Part shown: one piece after another, positions 9,854 through 20,465 of the stretch
How the letters are laid out: the number at the start of each line of letters is the position of its first letter
Numbering within the stretch: the stretch's first letter is position 1
Assembly (NCBI GenBank): GCA_963844715.1
Contig: CAWJPJ010000004.1
Coordinates: 160,001 to 224,000, forward strand
DNA length: 64,000 nt
Direction: 5' to 3'
Source of the DNA: an uncultured Phycisphaerales bacterium
GTDB taxonomy: Bacteria; Planctomycetota; Phycisphaerae; Tepidisphaerales; Tepidisphaeraceae
Program-made: the position numbers and the translations under genes
Notes under the pieces: model-generated
Database searches by the model: none
What the model saw: only the letters and a program-made list of their open reading frames with translations
What the model was told of the DNA's origin: nothing

Positions 9854-11143
9854 ATGGCCCCGGGGTCCCGGAACATCATCATCGCCACGCTCGGCAGCTA
9901 CGGCGATACCCATCCCTTCCTTGGGGTTGCCCGGGAATTGCGCGATCGCGGAAATTCGGTCATGTTCATCGCTCCGGCCATCTACGAGTCGCTGGCAGTA
10001 TCGCTGGGGCTCAATTTCGAACCGATCGGGTCCGAGGAGGAGTTTGAACGCCTGGCCGGCAATCCGGATATTTTTGTGCCTCGCCGGGCGTTTTCGGTCG
10101 TCGCGGATGCCGCGGGGCGGATGATCGAGCCTTACTATCGCGCGATCGTCAAACATCACGTTCCCGGGCAAACGATCCTGGTTTATTCGACTCTCGTCTT
10201 CGCCGCCCGCATCGCGCAGGAGAAGCTGGCGATTCCCGCCGCGACGGTGCATTTGTCGCCCAGCGTGATGCGCAGTCTCATTGATCCGCCGTATTTGCCG
10301 GAACTTCCGGCGCGATCGGGCTGGCCGGTCTGGTGGAACCGATTTTGGTGGTGGATGGCGGACGTGCTGGTCATCGATCGGTTGATGGCGGGGCCGATCA
10401 ATCGATTCCGCGCGTCGCTGGGGTTGCCGATGGTGCGGGGGATTCTGCGCGACTGGATTCACTCGCCCGACCTGGTGATTGGTTTATTTCCTGATTGGTT
10501 CGGGCCACCCGCGCCGGATTGGCCGCCTCACACGAAGCTCACGGGGTTTCCGCTTTATGACGAATCCGATGTCACGCCTATGCCTGCTGATCTGCAGAAG
10601 TTTTTTGAAGAGGGCACGCCGCCTATCGCCTTCACCCCGGGCAGCGCGATGCGGCACGGCAAGGACTTTTTCTCGGCCGCGATTGGTGCGTGCCAATCGC
10701 TCAAAAAACGCGGCTTGCTCCTTTCGCGTCATGACGATCACATTCCGGCGAATCTGCCGACGGAGGTCTTGCGCGTTTCATTTGCTCCGTTCAGCAAACT
10801 CCTGCCGCGTTGCGCGGCTCTGGTTCATCACGGGGGCATAGGAACGTGCGGCCACGCGTTAGCCGCGGGCGTCCCGCAACTGGTGACGCCGATGACTCAC
10901 GACCAGCCTGATAACGCCCGCCGCCTCAAGCGGCTTGGCGTGGCTGAAATTCTTCCTTTTCCGAAATTCAACGCCGAGCGTGCCGCGGCGGCTCTTAATC
11001 TTTTGCTCAATTCCTCGCGGATTTCCGCCGCTTGTGCGGGTGTAAAGCAAAAATTTGGCGGGGCGAATCCGCTTGGGCAGACGGCCGATTTGATCGAGCG
11101 GCTTGCTCCCAATCCCGCCAATCGCATAATCGGCGTGCGATGA
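9854..11143 (+). CDS. Family 1 glycosyltransferase (RhlB/UGT-like)
   Basis: LGSYGDTHP and HHGGIGT..AGVPQL..HDQPDNA. Confidence 0.9.
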   Translation: MAPGSRNIIIATLGSYGDTHPFLGVARELRDRGNSVMFIAPAIYESLAVSLGLNFEPIGSEEEFERLAGNPDIFVPRRAFSVVADAAGRMIEPYYRAIVKHHVPGQTILVYSTLVFAARIAQEKLAIPAATVHLSPSVMRSLIDPPYLPELPARSGWPVWWNRFWWWMADVLVIDRLMAGPINRFRASLGLPMVRGILRDWIHSPDLVIGLFPDWFGPPAPDWPPHTKLTGFPLYDESDVTPMPADLQKFFEEGTPPIAFTPGSAMRHGKDFFSAAIGACQSLKKRGLLLSRHDDHIPANLPTEVLRVSFAPFSKLLPRCAALVHHGGIGTCGHALAAGVPQLVTPMTHDQPDNARRLKRLGVAEILPFPKFNAERAAAALNLLLNSSRISAACAGVKQKFGGANPLGQTADLIERLAPNPANRIIGVR

Positions 11144-12774
11144 GTTTCCAAATCGTTACCCGCTTTGCCCCCTCGCCGACCGGCTATCTCCATGTCGGCG
11201 GGGCACGCACGGCTCTCTTCAACTGGCTTCTGGCCCGTCACGCCGGCGGGAAATTCTTGCTTCGAATCGAAGATACCGACCTGGCTCGCAGCACGGAACA
11301 ATCCGTCGATGACGTTTTGGAAGACCTCGGGTGGCTGGGATTGAATTGGGATAACGCCGAGTTGATCTACCAGTCGAAGCGGCTGCCGATGTACAACGCG
11401 CTGATCGATCATCTCATATTGCGCGGCTTGGCCTATAAGGCGTACGAGACTCCGGAAGAACTTGACGGGCAAAGGAAAATCGCCGAGCGCGCCAAGCGGG
11501 CTTATGTTTACAAGCGTCCCACGCTCAGCGATGAGCAGGTTCGCAAATTCGAGTCTGAAGGCCGTGCGTCCGTGGTGCGATTCGCGATGCCGGTGAGGGA
11601 ATATCGCTTTCATGACGTTGTTCTTGGCAAGGAGATTGTGCTGGGGGCCAGCCAGGTTCAGGATTTTGTCATCCGCAAAACGGACGGCATGCCGACGTAT
11701 CACTTCGCGGTTGTCGTCGATGATGCGGAAATGGGGATCACCCACGTGTTGCGCGGCCAGGAACATCTTCTCAACACGATGAACCACATCGCTCTGCAGG
11801 AAGCGATTGCGTGCAGTCGGCCGGTTTATGGGCACCTGCCGGTCATCCTTAACACGGATGGCAGCAAGATGGGGAAGCGCGATCGCGACAAGAAAATCCG
11901 CCATCACGCCAACGTGTGGCTCAAAAATAGCAAAAAATCTCAGGAAGAATTGGCGGGTCTGGCGGGATTGCCCGGCGATCGCATCGTCTGGTGGCTTGCT
12001 GACGATGGGCGGCAATTGGATGGGGCGGAGCAGAAGAAACTCATGGCGGTCATCGGGTTGTCGGAGAGCGATCTGCCGGAAGTTCTGGTTCACGATTTCC
12101 GCGCCAACGGGTATCTCCCCGAGGTGCTGCTTAATTTCCTTTCTCTTCTGGGTTGGAGTCCGGGGTCGGACAAGGAGCGCATGAGCGTGGGGGAGATGAT
12201 TCAGCTTTTCACGGTCGAGCGCATCGGGCAGGCCAACGCCAAATTCAGCCGGGATAAGCTGCTGGCTTTCAACACTGAGGCGTGTGCCGCGCAGGGCGCG
12301 GCTCAGCTTCTGCCGGCCATGCGCGATTTTCTCTCGGTGAATCCGGAATCGCCTTTGAACGCGGCGGATGACGCAGCTCTGGTGAAGATTATCGAGATGA
12401 ACGCCGGGATGCGCACGCTGCGCGAAGTCGAGGAAAAAAGCCGGTTCTTTTTTGTCCCCGACGACTTGATCGACTATCGGCCTGAGGCGATCGAAAAAGT
12501 TCTGCTCAAGAACGAAAAGCAGGGGCTCAATGCGTTGCGAAGTGTGAGGGAGATTCTGGCCGCGGCAAATGATTGGACAGCCCACGGCCTTGAAACCGCG
12601 GTCAAAGCATTTTGCGAATCTAGCGGCCTGGGACTGGGCAAAGTTGCTCAGCCGATACGTGTCGCCATCAGCGGAACGACGGTCAGCCCGCCGATTTTTG
12701 CGAGCCTTGAATTGCTGGGCAAAGAGAAGTCTTTACGGCGGATGGATAATTGTCTGGCCGAAGATGTTGAGTGA
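11140..12774 (+). CDS. gltX: Glutamate--tRNA ligase
   Basis: RFAPSPTGYLHVGG (HIGH), LRIEDTD, KMGKR (KMSKS) and C-terminal QPIRVAISG. Confidence 0.95.
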   Translation: MSFQIVTRFAPSPTGYLHVGGARTALFNWLLARHAGGKFLLRIEDTDLARSTEQSVDDVLEDLGWLGLNWDNAELIYQSKRLPMYNALIDHLILRGLAYKAYETPEELDGQRKIAERAKRAYVYKRPTLSDEQVRKFESEGRASVVRFAMPVREYRFHDVVLGKEIVLGASQVQDFVIRKTDGMPTYHFAVVVDDAEMGITHVLRGQEHLLNTMNHIALQEAIACSRPVYGHLPVILNTDGSKMGKRDRDKKIRHHANVWLKNSKKSQEELAGLAGLPGDRIVWWLADDGRQLDGAEQKKLMAVIGLSESDLPEVLVHDFRANGYLPEVLLNFLSLLGWSPGSDKERMSVGEMIQLFTVERIGQANAKFSRDKLLAFNTEACAAQGAAQLLPAMRDFLSVNPESPLNAADDAALVKIIEMNAGMRTLREVEEKSRFFFVPDDLIDYRPEAIEKVLLKNEKQGLNALRSVREILAAANDWTAHGLETAVKAFCESSGLGLGKVAQPIRVAISGTTVSPPIFASLELLGKEKSLRRMDNCLAEDVE

Positions 12775-12856
12775 TGAATTAAATTCATCATTACTACGTG
12801 AAATCACAGTCTATGGCGGTGCGATCCTGTCTGGCGCTGCCGTTCCAGAAATTTAT

Positions 12857-12980
12857 CCCGTCTCACCGTGTATCCGCCAGTTTCCGCAGGATGGGTTAGG
12901 GTGAGGGGCGGCCTATCGAACTTCGAACGGTCGCCCCTCACCCATCCTGCGGAAACTAGCGGAGGACCGGGGAGAGGGGG
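12857..12980. repeat. Composite inverted repeat related to the DUF559-flanking repeats, with no gene inside
   Basis: gggttagggtgaggggcg ... cgcccctcaccc ... ccggggagagggg. Confidence 0.75.
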
Positions 12981-13088
12981 ACAGAGGCGCATGGCGCCGA
13001 CAAAAGTTCGAACGTCGAAAACTTCCGCACACCCTTCGAGGGGGCTACCTGAAGCCACCCCCTATGGGGGCGGAGCGTTCATTGAGCG

Positions 13089-13559
13089 TTATCTTCGATG
13101 CGTCATCGTTGCGCGGCGCAGGGCTCGGTCCTGCTCTTTTTTGCGAATGGCGTCGCGCTTGTCGTGATGCTGGCGGCCGTGGGCGACGCCTAGTTCCACT
13201 TTCGCCATTCCGTCCTTGAAATAGATTGCCAGGGGGATCAGCGTCACGCCGCGCTCGGCGGCTTCGGCTTCGAGGCGGCGAATTTCGCGCTTGCGGGCCA
13301 GAAGTTTTCTTTCTCTGAGCGGCTCATGCCCAATCGCCGCTTTCTCATATGGATCGATATGGCACCCGTGCAGGATCAACTGGCCTTTTTCGACTTTGGC
13401 GTATGACTCCGCCAATTGGCATTTTCCGAGCCTTAGCGATTTCACTTCGCTGCCCAATAGGACAATCCCGCACTCCAGTTTTGCGGAGATGAAATAATCG
13501 TGGAGGGCCTTTCGATTATTAATTCGCGGCGACAAATTGGCTCGCGGCGCATCTTTCAT
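13089..13559 (-). CDS. smpB: SsrA-binding protein
   Basis: NRKALHDY, GSEVKSLR, RERKLL and DKRDAI. Confidence 0.97.
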   Translation of the reverse strand: MKDAPRANLSPRINNRKALHDYFISAKLECGIVLLGSEVKSLRLGKCQLAESYAKVEKGQLILHGCHIDPYEKAAIGHEPLRERKLLARKREIRRLEAEAAERGVTLIPLAIYFKDGMAKVELGVAHGRQHHDKRDAIRKKEQDRALRRATMTHRR

Positions 13560-13685
13560 AACGGATATTCTATGGTAAATCGTGCATCTGGGCGCAAAAA
13601 CCCGCCCATAGGGCGTCCCAAGTTCGCCAGGGGCCTGAACTTGACCGCGTTCTGGTCCGGTTTATCATCGACAGGCCTCACCGCC

Positions 13686-13767
13686 GCGGCTGTGGCGAAA
13701 TTGGCAGACGCGCAAGATTCAGGTTCTTGTGTCGCAAGACGTGGAGGTTCGAGTCCTCTCAGCCGCA
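13686..13767 (+). tRNA. tRNA-Leu (anticodon CAG), CCA not encoded
   Basis: Acceptor stem gcggctg/cagccgc, anticodon arm caaga-ttCAGgt-tcttg, long variable arm, T-loop ggttcgagtcc. Confidence 0.95.
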
Positions 13768-13876
13768 TGATTGGTTTACGGGAAGATGGAGGCAATTGGG
13801 CAAATTGCCAGGGGCGGGGCGTCCGGGCGAGAGATGGATGTTAAGATGCGTCCGACGATGACGAATCGAGGCCACA

Positions 13877-16102
13877 GTGGATTCGATGTCCCGGGGCCGC
13901 GGATTGGCGCGGATGGGAAACCTACCCTACTTATTCGGAATCATCCTGATTCTGATTAGTGGGTCTCGGCTGGCAACGTACCTTAGCCAGCGCGCCAGCA
14001 ACGCGGCGCAGATCGAAATATCCTTCTGGCGCGCCGATCTGGTGCGCATGCAGGAATTCAGATCGCTGCTGGTGGACGCCGAATTGAGCCAGCGCGGGTA
14101 TTTGCTGACCGGGGAGCAGGAATATCTGGCGCCTTATCAGGGGGCGATCGAGCGGCTTCAATCCAATCTCGACATGTTGCCGCAAATGGTTGCCTCGGGG
14201 CGGCTCTCCGCGGATGAGGGGGCTCATCTCAAGTCGCTGATTGACCAAAAACTGGCGGAGATGGATCAGACCATCTCGCTGGAGAAGACCCAGGGATCGG
14301 TTGCCGCCCAGGCACTGGTTCGAACCGGTCAGGGCAAGCAATTGATGGATCAGATCAGCCAGGTCATCGGCAAAGTGACCGGGCAGGCGCAGGGGCGGAT
14401 CGATGCGTCAACCGACCAGCTTAAGGACGCACAGAACTGGCGCGGCGATGTGTTTCTCTTCACCGGACTGGTGAACATTCCATTCCTCATCTGGGCCATG
14501 TGGCGAATTTGGCTCGAAACCGGACGCCGCGCCGATTTGATGCGGGAACTTTCGGCGCAAAAGGAATTCCTTTCCGTCACGCTGCGGAGCATTGGGGACG
14601 GCGTGATCGGCGCCGATACGGACGGGCGGATCACGTTTATCAATTCCGCGGCCGAGGAATTGACCGGGTGGACTTGCGCGGAAGCCATCGGCCGGCCGTG
14701 CTCGACGGTTTTTCGGATCATTAGCGAGGAGACGCGCCAGCCGGTGGAAAGCCCGGTCGACAAAGTGCTGAAGGACGGGGTTGTTGTCGGTCTGGCGAAT
14801 CACACGCTGCTCATCCGCCGCGACGGGTCCGAATTGCCGGTCGACGACAGCGGGGCGCCCATGCGCGACTCGAAGGGGGTCATCCGCGGCGTCGTGCTGG
14901 TCTTCCGGGACTTCACGCGGCATAAGCGCTCTGAGCAGAATCTCATTCGGGCGGCGGCGGAATTAGAATCCGCGGGGAAGGCGAAGGACCAGTTTCTTGC
15001 CGCACTTTCGCATGAGCTTCGCACGCCGCTGACGCCGCTGCTGGTCACGCTTTCCATGTTGGAGCAGGACGGGAAACTTCCGGCGGGGCTGCTGGAAGAC
15101 GTCCGCATGATGCGGCGCAACGTTCAGCTCGAGGCGCGTCTTATCGACGATCTGCTCGATCTTACGCGCGTGGCCAAGGGGAAACTGCTGCTGAACCTTG
15201 AAGTGGTCGACCTGCAGGGCATTATCAATTCCGTTATCGCGCGATTCGAGCGGCAGATGACCGGAAAATCCCTCAATTTTGCGCGTTCGTTCTGCGCTCG
15301 GAGGCATTTCGTCAATGCCGATCCGATTCGCATCGAGCAGGTTCTTTGGAATATCCTTCAGAACGCCATCAAGTTCACGCCACCGGGCGGAACGATTTCG
15401 ATCTCGACACGCAATGACGGCGACGGCTGGATTGAAACCTCGATCGCCGATGACGGGGTGGGCATGGAGGCGGAAATCCTGTCGCGCCTGTTCAAGCCGT
15501 TTGAGCAGGCCAGCGACGAGATGGTCCGCCGGCACGGCGGGCTGGGAATGGGGCTGGCGATCGCCCAGGCCGTCATGCAGCTGCATGGGGGTTATGTGCT
15601 GGCCTTCAGCCAGGGGCTCGGCAAAGGCTCGACATTCACGGTTCGGCTGGCGACCAGCGAGGCTCCGTCCAAAGCGCCGCGAACGGAAACCCCCGACCGG
15701 CCGCGCAACGGGACGCCGTTGCGCATCCTGCTTGTCGAGGATCATGCCGATACCTCGCGGGCCCTGGCCCGCATGCTGGAACAATCGGGATACAGGGTGG
15801 GAACCGCCGGCGATGCGAGCACCGCTCTTCAGCAATTCGACAATCATACGTGGGACGTGCTGGTCAGCGATCTGGGTCTGCCCGATTCCAGCGGCTACGA
15901 ACTGATGAAACAGGTCCGCGAAAAATACGGCCTGGGCATTCGCGGCATCGCCGTGAGCGGGTACGGCATGGAAAGCGACCGGCAACGCAGCCAACAGGCG
16001 GGGTTCGATGAGCACATCGTCAAGCCGATTGACTTTGAGCAACTGGATCAGGCGATCCGAAAAACCAGGCCGTCGGAGACTGAGACGGCAGGGTTGATTT
16101 GA
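13877..16102 (+). CDS. Hybrid sensor histidine kinase (CHASE3-PAS-HisKA-HATPase-REC)
   Basis: DAELSQRGYLLTG..YLAPY (CHASE3), SIGDGVI (PAS), SHELRTPL, NAIKFT and LLVEDH..SDLGLPD..KP; start uncertain. Confidence 0.92.
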   Translation: MDSMSRGRGLARMGNLPYLFGIILILISGSRLATYLSQRASNAAQIEISFWRADLVRMQEFRSLLVDAELSQRGYLLTGEQEYLAPYQGAIERLQSNLDMLPQMVASGRLSADEGAHLKSLIDQKLAEMDQTISLEKTQGSVAAQALVRTGQGKQLMDQISQVIGKVTGQAQGRIDASTDQLKDAQNWRGDVFLFTGLVNIPFLIWAMWRIWLETGRRADLMRELSAQKEFLSVTLRSIGDGVIGADTDGRITFINSAAEELTGWTCAEAIGRPCSTVFRIISEETRQPVESPVDKVLKDGVVVGLANHTLLIRRDGSELPVDDSGAPMRDSKGVIRGVVLVFRDFTRHKRSEQNLIRAAAELESAGKAKDQFLAALSHELRTPLTPLLVTLSMLEQDGKLPAGLLEDVRMMRRNVQLEARLIDDLLDLTRVAKGKLLLNLEVVDLQGIINSVIARFERQMTGKSLNFARSFCARRHFVNADPIRIEQVLWNILQNAIKFTPPGGTISISTRNDGDGWIETSIADDGVGMEAEILSRLFKPFEQASDEMVRRHGGLGMGLAIAQAVMQLHGGYVLAFSQGLGKGSTFTVRLATSEAPSKAPRTETPDRPRNGTPLRILLVEDHADTSRALARMLEQSGYRVGTAGDASTALQQFDNHTWDVLVSDLGLPDSSGYELMKQVREKYGLGIRGIAVSGYGMESDRQRSQQAGFDEHIVKPIDFEQLDQAIRKTRPSETETAGLI

Positions 16103-16125
16103 TCCTTCACAAAGCCAATGGATGA

Positions 16126-17116
16126 CTAAGCGTTGGCTTTCGGCGCGGCGGCATATAGCTCGCCGTGTTCGTTAAACCATTCAACGAACTTGCGCAGGCC
16201 GACTTCCAGCGTCGTCTTGGGTTGATAATTCAGCTCCGCGCCGGCCCGGGAAATATCGGCGGCAGGTTAGTTCCACGTCTCCCGGCTGCATGGCCTTTCG
16301 ATCCAGTTTCGCTTCGCGTCCGATTGCTTTCTCCAAAGCGGCGACCATCTCGTTCAGTTGCACCGGCCGATTGTTGCCCAGATTGTAAATCCGATATCGG
16401 TCGCATTTGTCCACGGCTGAGAGAATGCCGGCGCAGATGTCTTCGACATAGGTGTAATCGCGCACGGTCGTGCCGTCGCCGTAGAATGGAATGGGGGCGC
16501 CTTCGGTGATCAGGCGGGTGAATTTGTGGATTGCCAGATCGGGCCTTAGGCGGGGGCCGTAGACGGTGAAAAATCGGAGGCAGAAAACTGGCAGGTGGTA
16601 AAGATGCCAATAGGCGTAGCACATCAGTTCGGCGGCGCGTTTGGTGGTTGCGTAGGGGCTGATGGGTTCTGAAACGGGTTCGTCTTCGCGAAAGGGGGGC
16701 TTGGCCTGGTTTCCATAGACGCTGGAACTGCTGGCGAAGATGAATTTCTTTACTTTGTGTTTGATCGCCGCCTGGAGGAGGATTGTCGTGCCTTCGACGT
16801 TGACCCGGGCGTAATAACTTGGGCGCTCGATGGACGGGCGCACGCCTGCCATCGCGGCCAGGTGGAGAATCGCGTCGGGCCTGGTCGCCGCGACGAATTT
16901 GTCGACGGCGGGGGCGTCGGTAACGTCGATTTCGGCGAGCTCGAATTTCCCGGCCCTGGCGATGCTTTGGACGTTCAATTCCTTCCAGGGGCGGGGATAG
17001 AAATCGCAGAAATTATCGATGGCGACGACGCGCCAGCCGTCTTGCAGCAGGCGTTCTGAGGCGTGGGACCCGATGAATCCCGCCGCCCCGGTGACCAGGA
17101 TGGTCTGCTTGGGCAT
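16126..17116 (-). CDS. NAD-dependent epimerase/dehydratase (UDP-glucuronate 4-epimerase-like; C-terminal frameshift)
   Basis: TGAAGFIG, AGVRPS, SSSSVYG, YATTK and RFFTVYGP..RPDLA; the tail ELNYQPKTTLEVGL is in another frame. Confidence 0.88.
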
Positions 17117-18639
17117 TACGACTGCAAGTTTAGTTGATTCAGCCGTCTCAGCAAAGCGGCCAGATCGATCGGCTTTGAGAGAACCAAATCGGGCGAGAAC
17201 GGTTTCAAATCGGCGAGTCGGGCCGGGTCGGTGACGCCGGTGGTGATGGCGACGAGGGTCGCCGATTTGTTTTGCCGCGCGTAGCGAAGGATATGGGCTC
17301 CGTCGCCGTCGGGGAGCATGAGGTCGAGGATAATCGCGTCGAATTTGTCGCGCAAAAACGACTGCGCATCTTGAACATTTTCGGCGACGAAAACATCCCA
17401 GCCGAGCCGTTCAAGAATTGCTTCCATCGCCCGCGAGCTGTTCCTGTCGTCCTCGACGATCAAGACGCGGCCGCGGATTTTCACAGTCTGCTGAGATGGG
17501 CGCGGCTCGTTCCGAAGGCGCGGGCTGGGGTCCGACGACTGATCCTGGGATAATAACTGTGAAGCGGCTTCCGGCTCCGGGGGTGCTGTCCATGACCAGG
17601 TCGCCGCCCAACTGGCGGGCGAGGCGCCGGGAGATAGCCAGCCCCAGGCCGAACCCTTTGGCTGGGTCGTGCTCCTTGTTTTCGACCTGGTAGAAGTCCT
17701 CGAAGAGATGCTCGTGGTGTTGGACGTCGATTCCGCGGCCTGTGTCAATGACATGGATTTCCGCTCCTTCCTGCGAATATTCCGCCTCGACGCGGACACT
17801 TCCGCTGTCGGTGAACTTCACGGCGTTGTCCACTAAATTGTTCAAGATGCGCATGAGCTTCACGCGGTCGGAGCGGAGTTTTATGCCCCGATCGCACCCG
17901 TCGGTTGTCAGCGCCAGCCCCTTGACGCGGGCGGTGCCCTGGTTAAACGCGACGACTTCATTGAGCAAATCCGCCAACTCGAATTCGGCGCAGGCGGGCT
18001 TGTCGTCCGCGGTCTCGAGCCGCGCAAAGTCCAGCAGGGTGTTGAGCATTCCTCCCGCCGACAGGCGCAAACGCGTATCTGGCCCAGCGATTCTCGAACT
18101 GCCGCCGGATCGTTCAGATTCATCTCCGCCAGTTCGGCTTGCAGGACCAGGCCATTCAGCGGCGTGCGCAAATCGTGGCTGATGGCGTTGAGGAAACGCG
18201 CCTTCTGCCGCGATTCCTCGAGCGACCGCTCCAACTCATGCTCGAGGGCCGTGGTGCGCCCGATCGCGCTGTAGACGACTTTCAACTCGCGGGCCCGGAT
18301 GGCATACCGCCAGGTGAAGAACACCAGGACGGCGAGGAAAATGTCGTACAAACGCCACGCCGGCCAGACCATTTTTATGGGGATAAACAGGTAGCCGCAG
18401 ATTCCGCAGAAGACGAAGATGTTTCGGATGTTGCTGAGGGCCCCCTTGGCCGGGACGTGGGGTAGCAGGCGGGCGTTGCGCCACCAATGCACGGCGATCA
18501 CCGCGTATCCCGCCGCGTTGGCCAGGTCGAGGGCAACGGTGGCCGCGATCCAAAAGGTGTCGTGCCCCATGCAATGGGTCAGCACCATGTACTTGCCGTT
18601 GCCGGCGAGCCAATGGGCTATCGAAATCAAAAACCCCAT
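17116..18639 (-). CDS. Sensor histidine kinase with ethylene-receptor-like membrane domain and C-terminal receiver (frameshifted; REC may be a separate gene)
   Basis: SHDLRTPL, NAVKFT, DTGRG, GFGLGL and LIVEDD..LDLMLPD..KP over ORFs 17908..18639, 17411..18070 and 17116..17799. Confidence 0.8.
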
Positions 18640-18851
18640 TCACGACCTCCCGCAATCAGATGGCCGTTTCCCTTCCCGATGTAGCTTAACATGACCTTAC
18701 GCATGGCTAAAAGGGATGGCCAGCGGAAAATTGGGTTGTTTGCGGGCAGCGCCAGACCCTTAAAACCACGGTCCAGCCGCCGCTTGCGAATTTTCCCGCG
18801 ATTGCTATCCTTTAGCATTCGCTATTGGTCTAGGAAGATCGGAGATCGTTG

Positions 18852-19241
18852 ATGGCAGTGAAGTTACGATTCAGGCGGATGGGCCGGACCAACCAGGCCT
18901 TTTTCAGGCTCAACGCGATTGATTCGCGGAGCCCGCGCGACGGGCGCGTCATCGAGGAACTCGGGTTTTACGATCCGCGCTCGAAGGACGCCGCCAAGCA
19001 ATTCGTAGTCAATCTGGAACGTTGCAAACATTGGCTCGACGTCGGCGCGATCCCGTCGGAAACCGTCTCTTCGATGCTGAAGAAAAACGGCTTGGACCAC
19101 AAAATGCTTCGGCTTCCCAAGCCGGGCAAGCCCAAGCCGGTCGCCGCCGAAGCGCCCGCCAAGGACGCGGAAAAGAAACCCAAGGAAAAGCCTGCGGAGG
19201 AGAAGGTAGCGGCCAAGAAGGAGGAGGCGGCCGCGTCGTAA
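18852..19241 (+). CDS. rpsP: 30S ribosomal protein S16
   Basis: MAVKLRFRRMGR..DSRSPRDGRVIEELGFYDP. Confidence 0.97.
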   Translation: MAVKLRFRRMGRTNQAFFRLNAIDSRSPRDGRVIEELGFYDPRSKDAAKQFVVNLERCKHWLDVGAIPSETVSSMLKKNGLDHKMLRLPKPGKPKPVAAEAPAKDAEKKPKEKPAEEKVAAKKEEAAAS

Positions 19242-19253
19242 CGCGAGGGTGTC

Positions 19254-19970
19254 ATGCGGATTGACATTCTCACGTTGTTTCCGGAAATGTTCGCCGATGT
19301 CCTGGGGACGAGCATCCCCAAGCGTGCGGCGGAGAAAGGACTGGTCAGCTATCACCTGACGAACATCCGCGACTTCGCCGTAGACAAACATAAATCGGTG
19401 GACGACAAACCGTTTGGCGGCGGGCCAGGGATGGTCATGCTGTGCCAGACGCTGTTTGACGCCGTTGAATCCGTCGAACGCCAAAGCGAGGTCCGCCCGC
19501 TGCGAATCCTGCTCACGCCGCAGGGAAAGAAGTTCGACCAATCCGTGACCCAGGATTTGGCGCGGCAGTCGAGGTTGCTGCTGATCGCCGGGCATTACGA
19601 AGGTTTCGACCAGCGAATCGTCGATGGACTGACCCCGCTGGAACTGAGCATCGGCGACTATGTGCTCAGTGGAGGGGAGTTGGCGGCGATGGTGGTTGTA
19701 GACGCCGTCGTCAGGCTTCTCCCCGGCGCGATCGGCGCCGAGGACGGCGCGGCCGACGAAAGCTTCGCCGACGGATTGTTGGAATATCCGCAGTACACGC
19801 GCCCGCGGGAGTTTCGCGGGATGGACGTTCCGGAAATCCTGCTGAGCGGCGATCATGCGGCGATCGCGGCCTGGAGACTCGAACAACGCCGCCGGCGAAC
19901 CCAGCAGCGCCGACCCGATCTCTGGGACGCATATGAAATAAAACATCGCGCTCCCCGAGCCGATGATTGA
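19254..19970 (+). CDS. trmD: tRNA (guanine-N1)-methyltransferase
   Basis: [24 protein letters not shown] and EYPQYTRP. Confidence 0.97.
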   Translation: MRIDILTLFPEMFADVLGTSIPKRAAEKGLVSYHLTNIRDFAVDKHKSVDDKPFGGGPGMVMLCQTLFDAVESVERQSEVRPLRILLTPQGKKFDQSVTQDLARQSRLLLIAGHYEGFDQRIVDGLTPLELSIGDYVLSGGELAAMVVVDAVVRLLPGAIGAEDGAADESFADGLLEYPQYTRPREFRGMDVPEILLSGDHAAIAAWRLEQRRRRTQQRRPDLWDAYEIKHRAPRADD

Positions 19971-19982
19971 TCAGTTTCGGAG

Positions 19983-20390
19983 TTGGCCATGATAAATCGA
20001 ATGATCGCACACGTAGAAAAGCCCCATATCAAGAAGGACGTTCCGCAGTTTTCGGTCGGCGACACGGTGGACGTCGCGACCCGCATCATCGAGGGCGAAA
20101 AAGAGCGCATTCAGATTTTCGGCGGGATCGTGATCATGCGCAAAGGTTCGGGCGTGAACGAGACGTTTACGGTCCGGCGCATCGTCAATAACGAGGGCGT
20201 CGAGCGCATTTTCCCACTGCATTCGCCGTTTGTTTCGAAGGTAACCGTCAAGCGCAGCGGCGATACCCGCCGCGCCAAGCTGTTCTACCTGCGCAATCGC
20301 GTCGGCAAGGCGACCCGCCTGACCGAAAAGCGCGCCCTCAAGAAGGAAGGCGAAGAAGCCGGCAAGGAACCTGTGGCGGCCGCTACCTAG
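19983..20390 (+). CDS. rplS: 50S ribosomal protein L19
   Basis: EGEKERIQIF, TFTVRR, GVERIFPLHSP and RRAKLFYLR. Confidence 0.97.
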   Translation: MAMINRMIAHVEKPHIKKDVPQFSVGDTVDVATRIIEGEKERIQIFGGIVIMRKGSGVNETFTVRRIVNNEGVERIFPLHSPFVSKVTVKRSGDTRRAKLFYLRNRVGKATRLTEKRALKKEGEEAGKEPVAAAT

Positions 20391-20465
20391 AGGGGCAGGC
20401 TGCTCTGAGGCACGTCTGGCGTCCGGAACCTTTTCTTTCCCGCCGGTCCCGTCATAATCTTCCCG

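Noticed and set aside
10897..12585. 562-aa minus-strand ORF (and similar long antisense ORFs, e.g. 40191..41411 and 51633..53111)
   Set aside because: Shadow frames of real high-GC genes with no recognisable motifs
12775..13088. tmRNA next to smpB
   Set aside because: No tmRNA-like ends or tag reading frame; the region is explained by hairpin repeats
13768..18800. Genomic island integrated at tRNA-Leu
   Set aside because: No integrase and no duplicated tRNA 3' end seen
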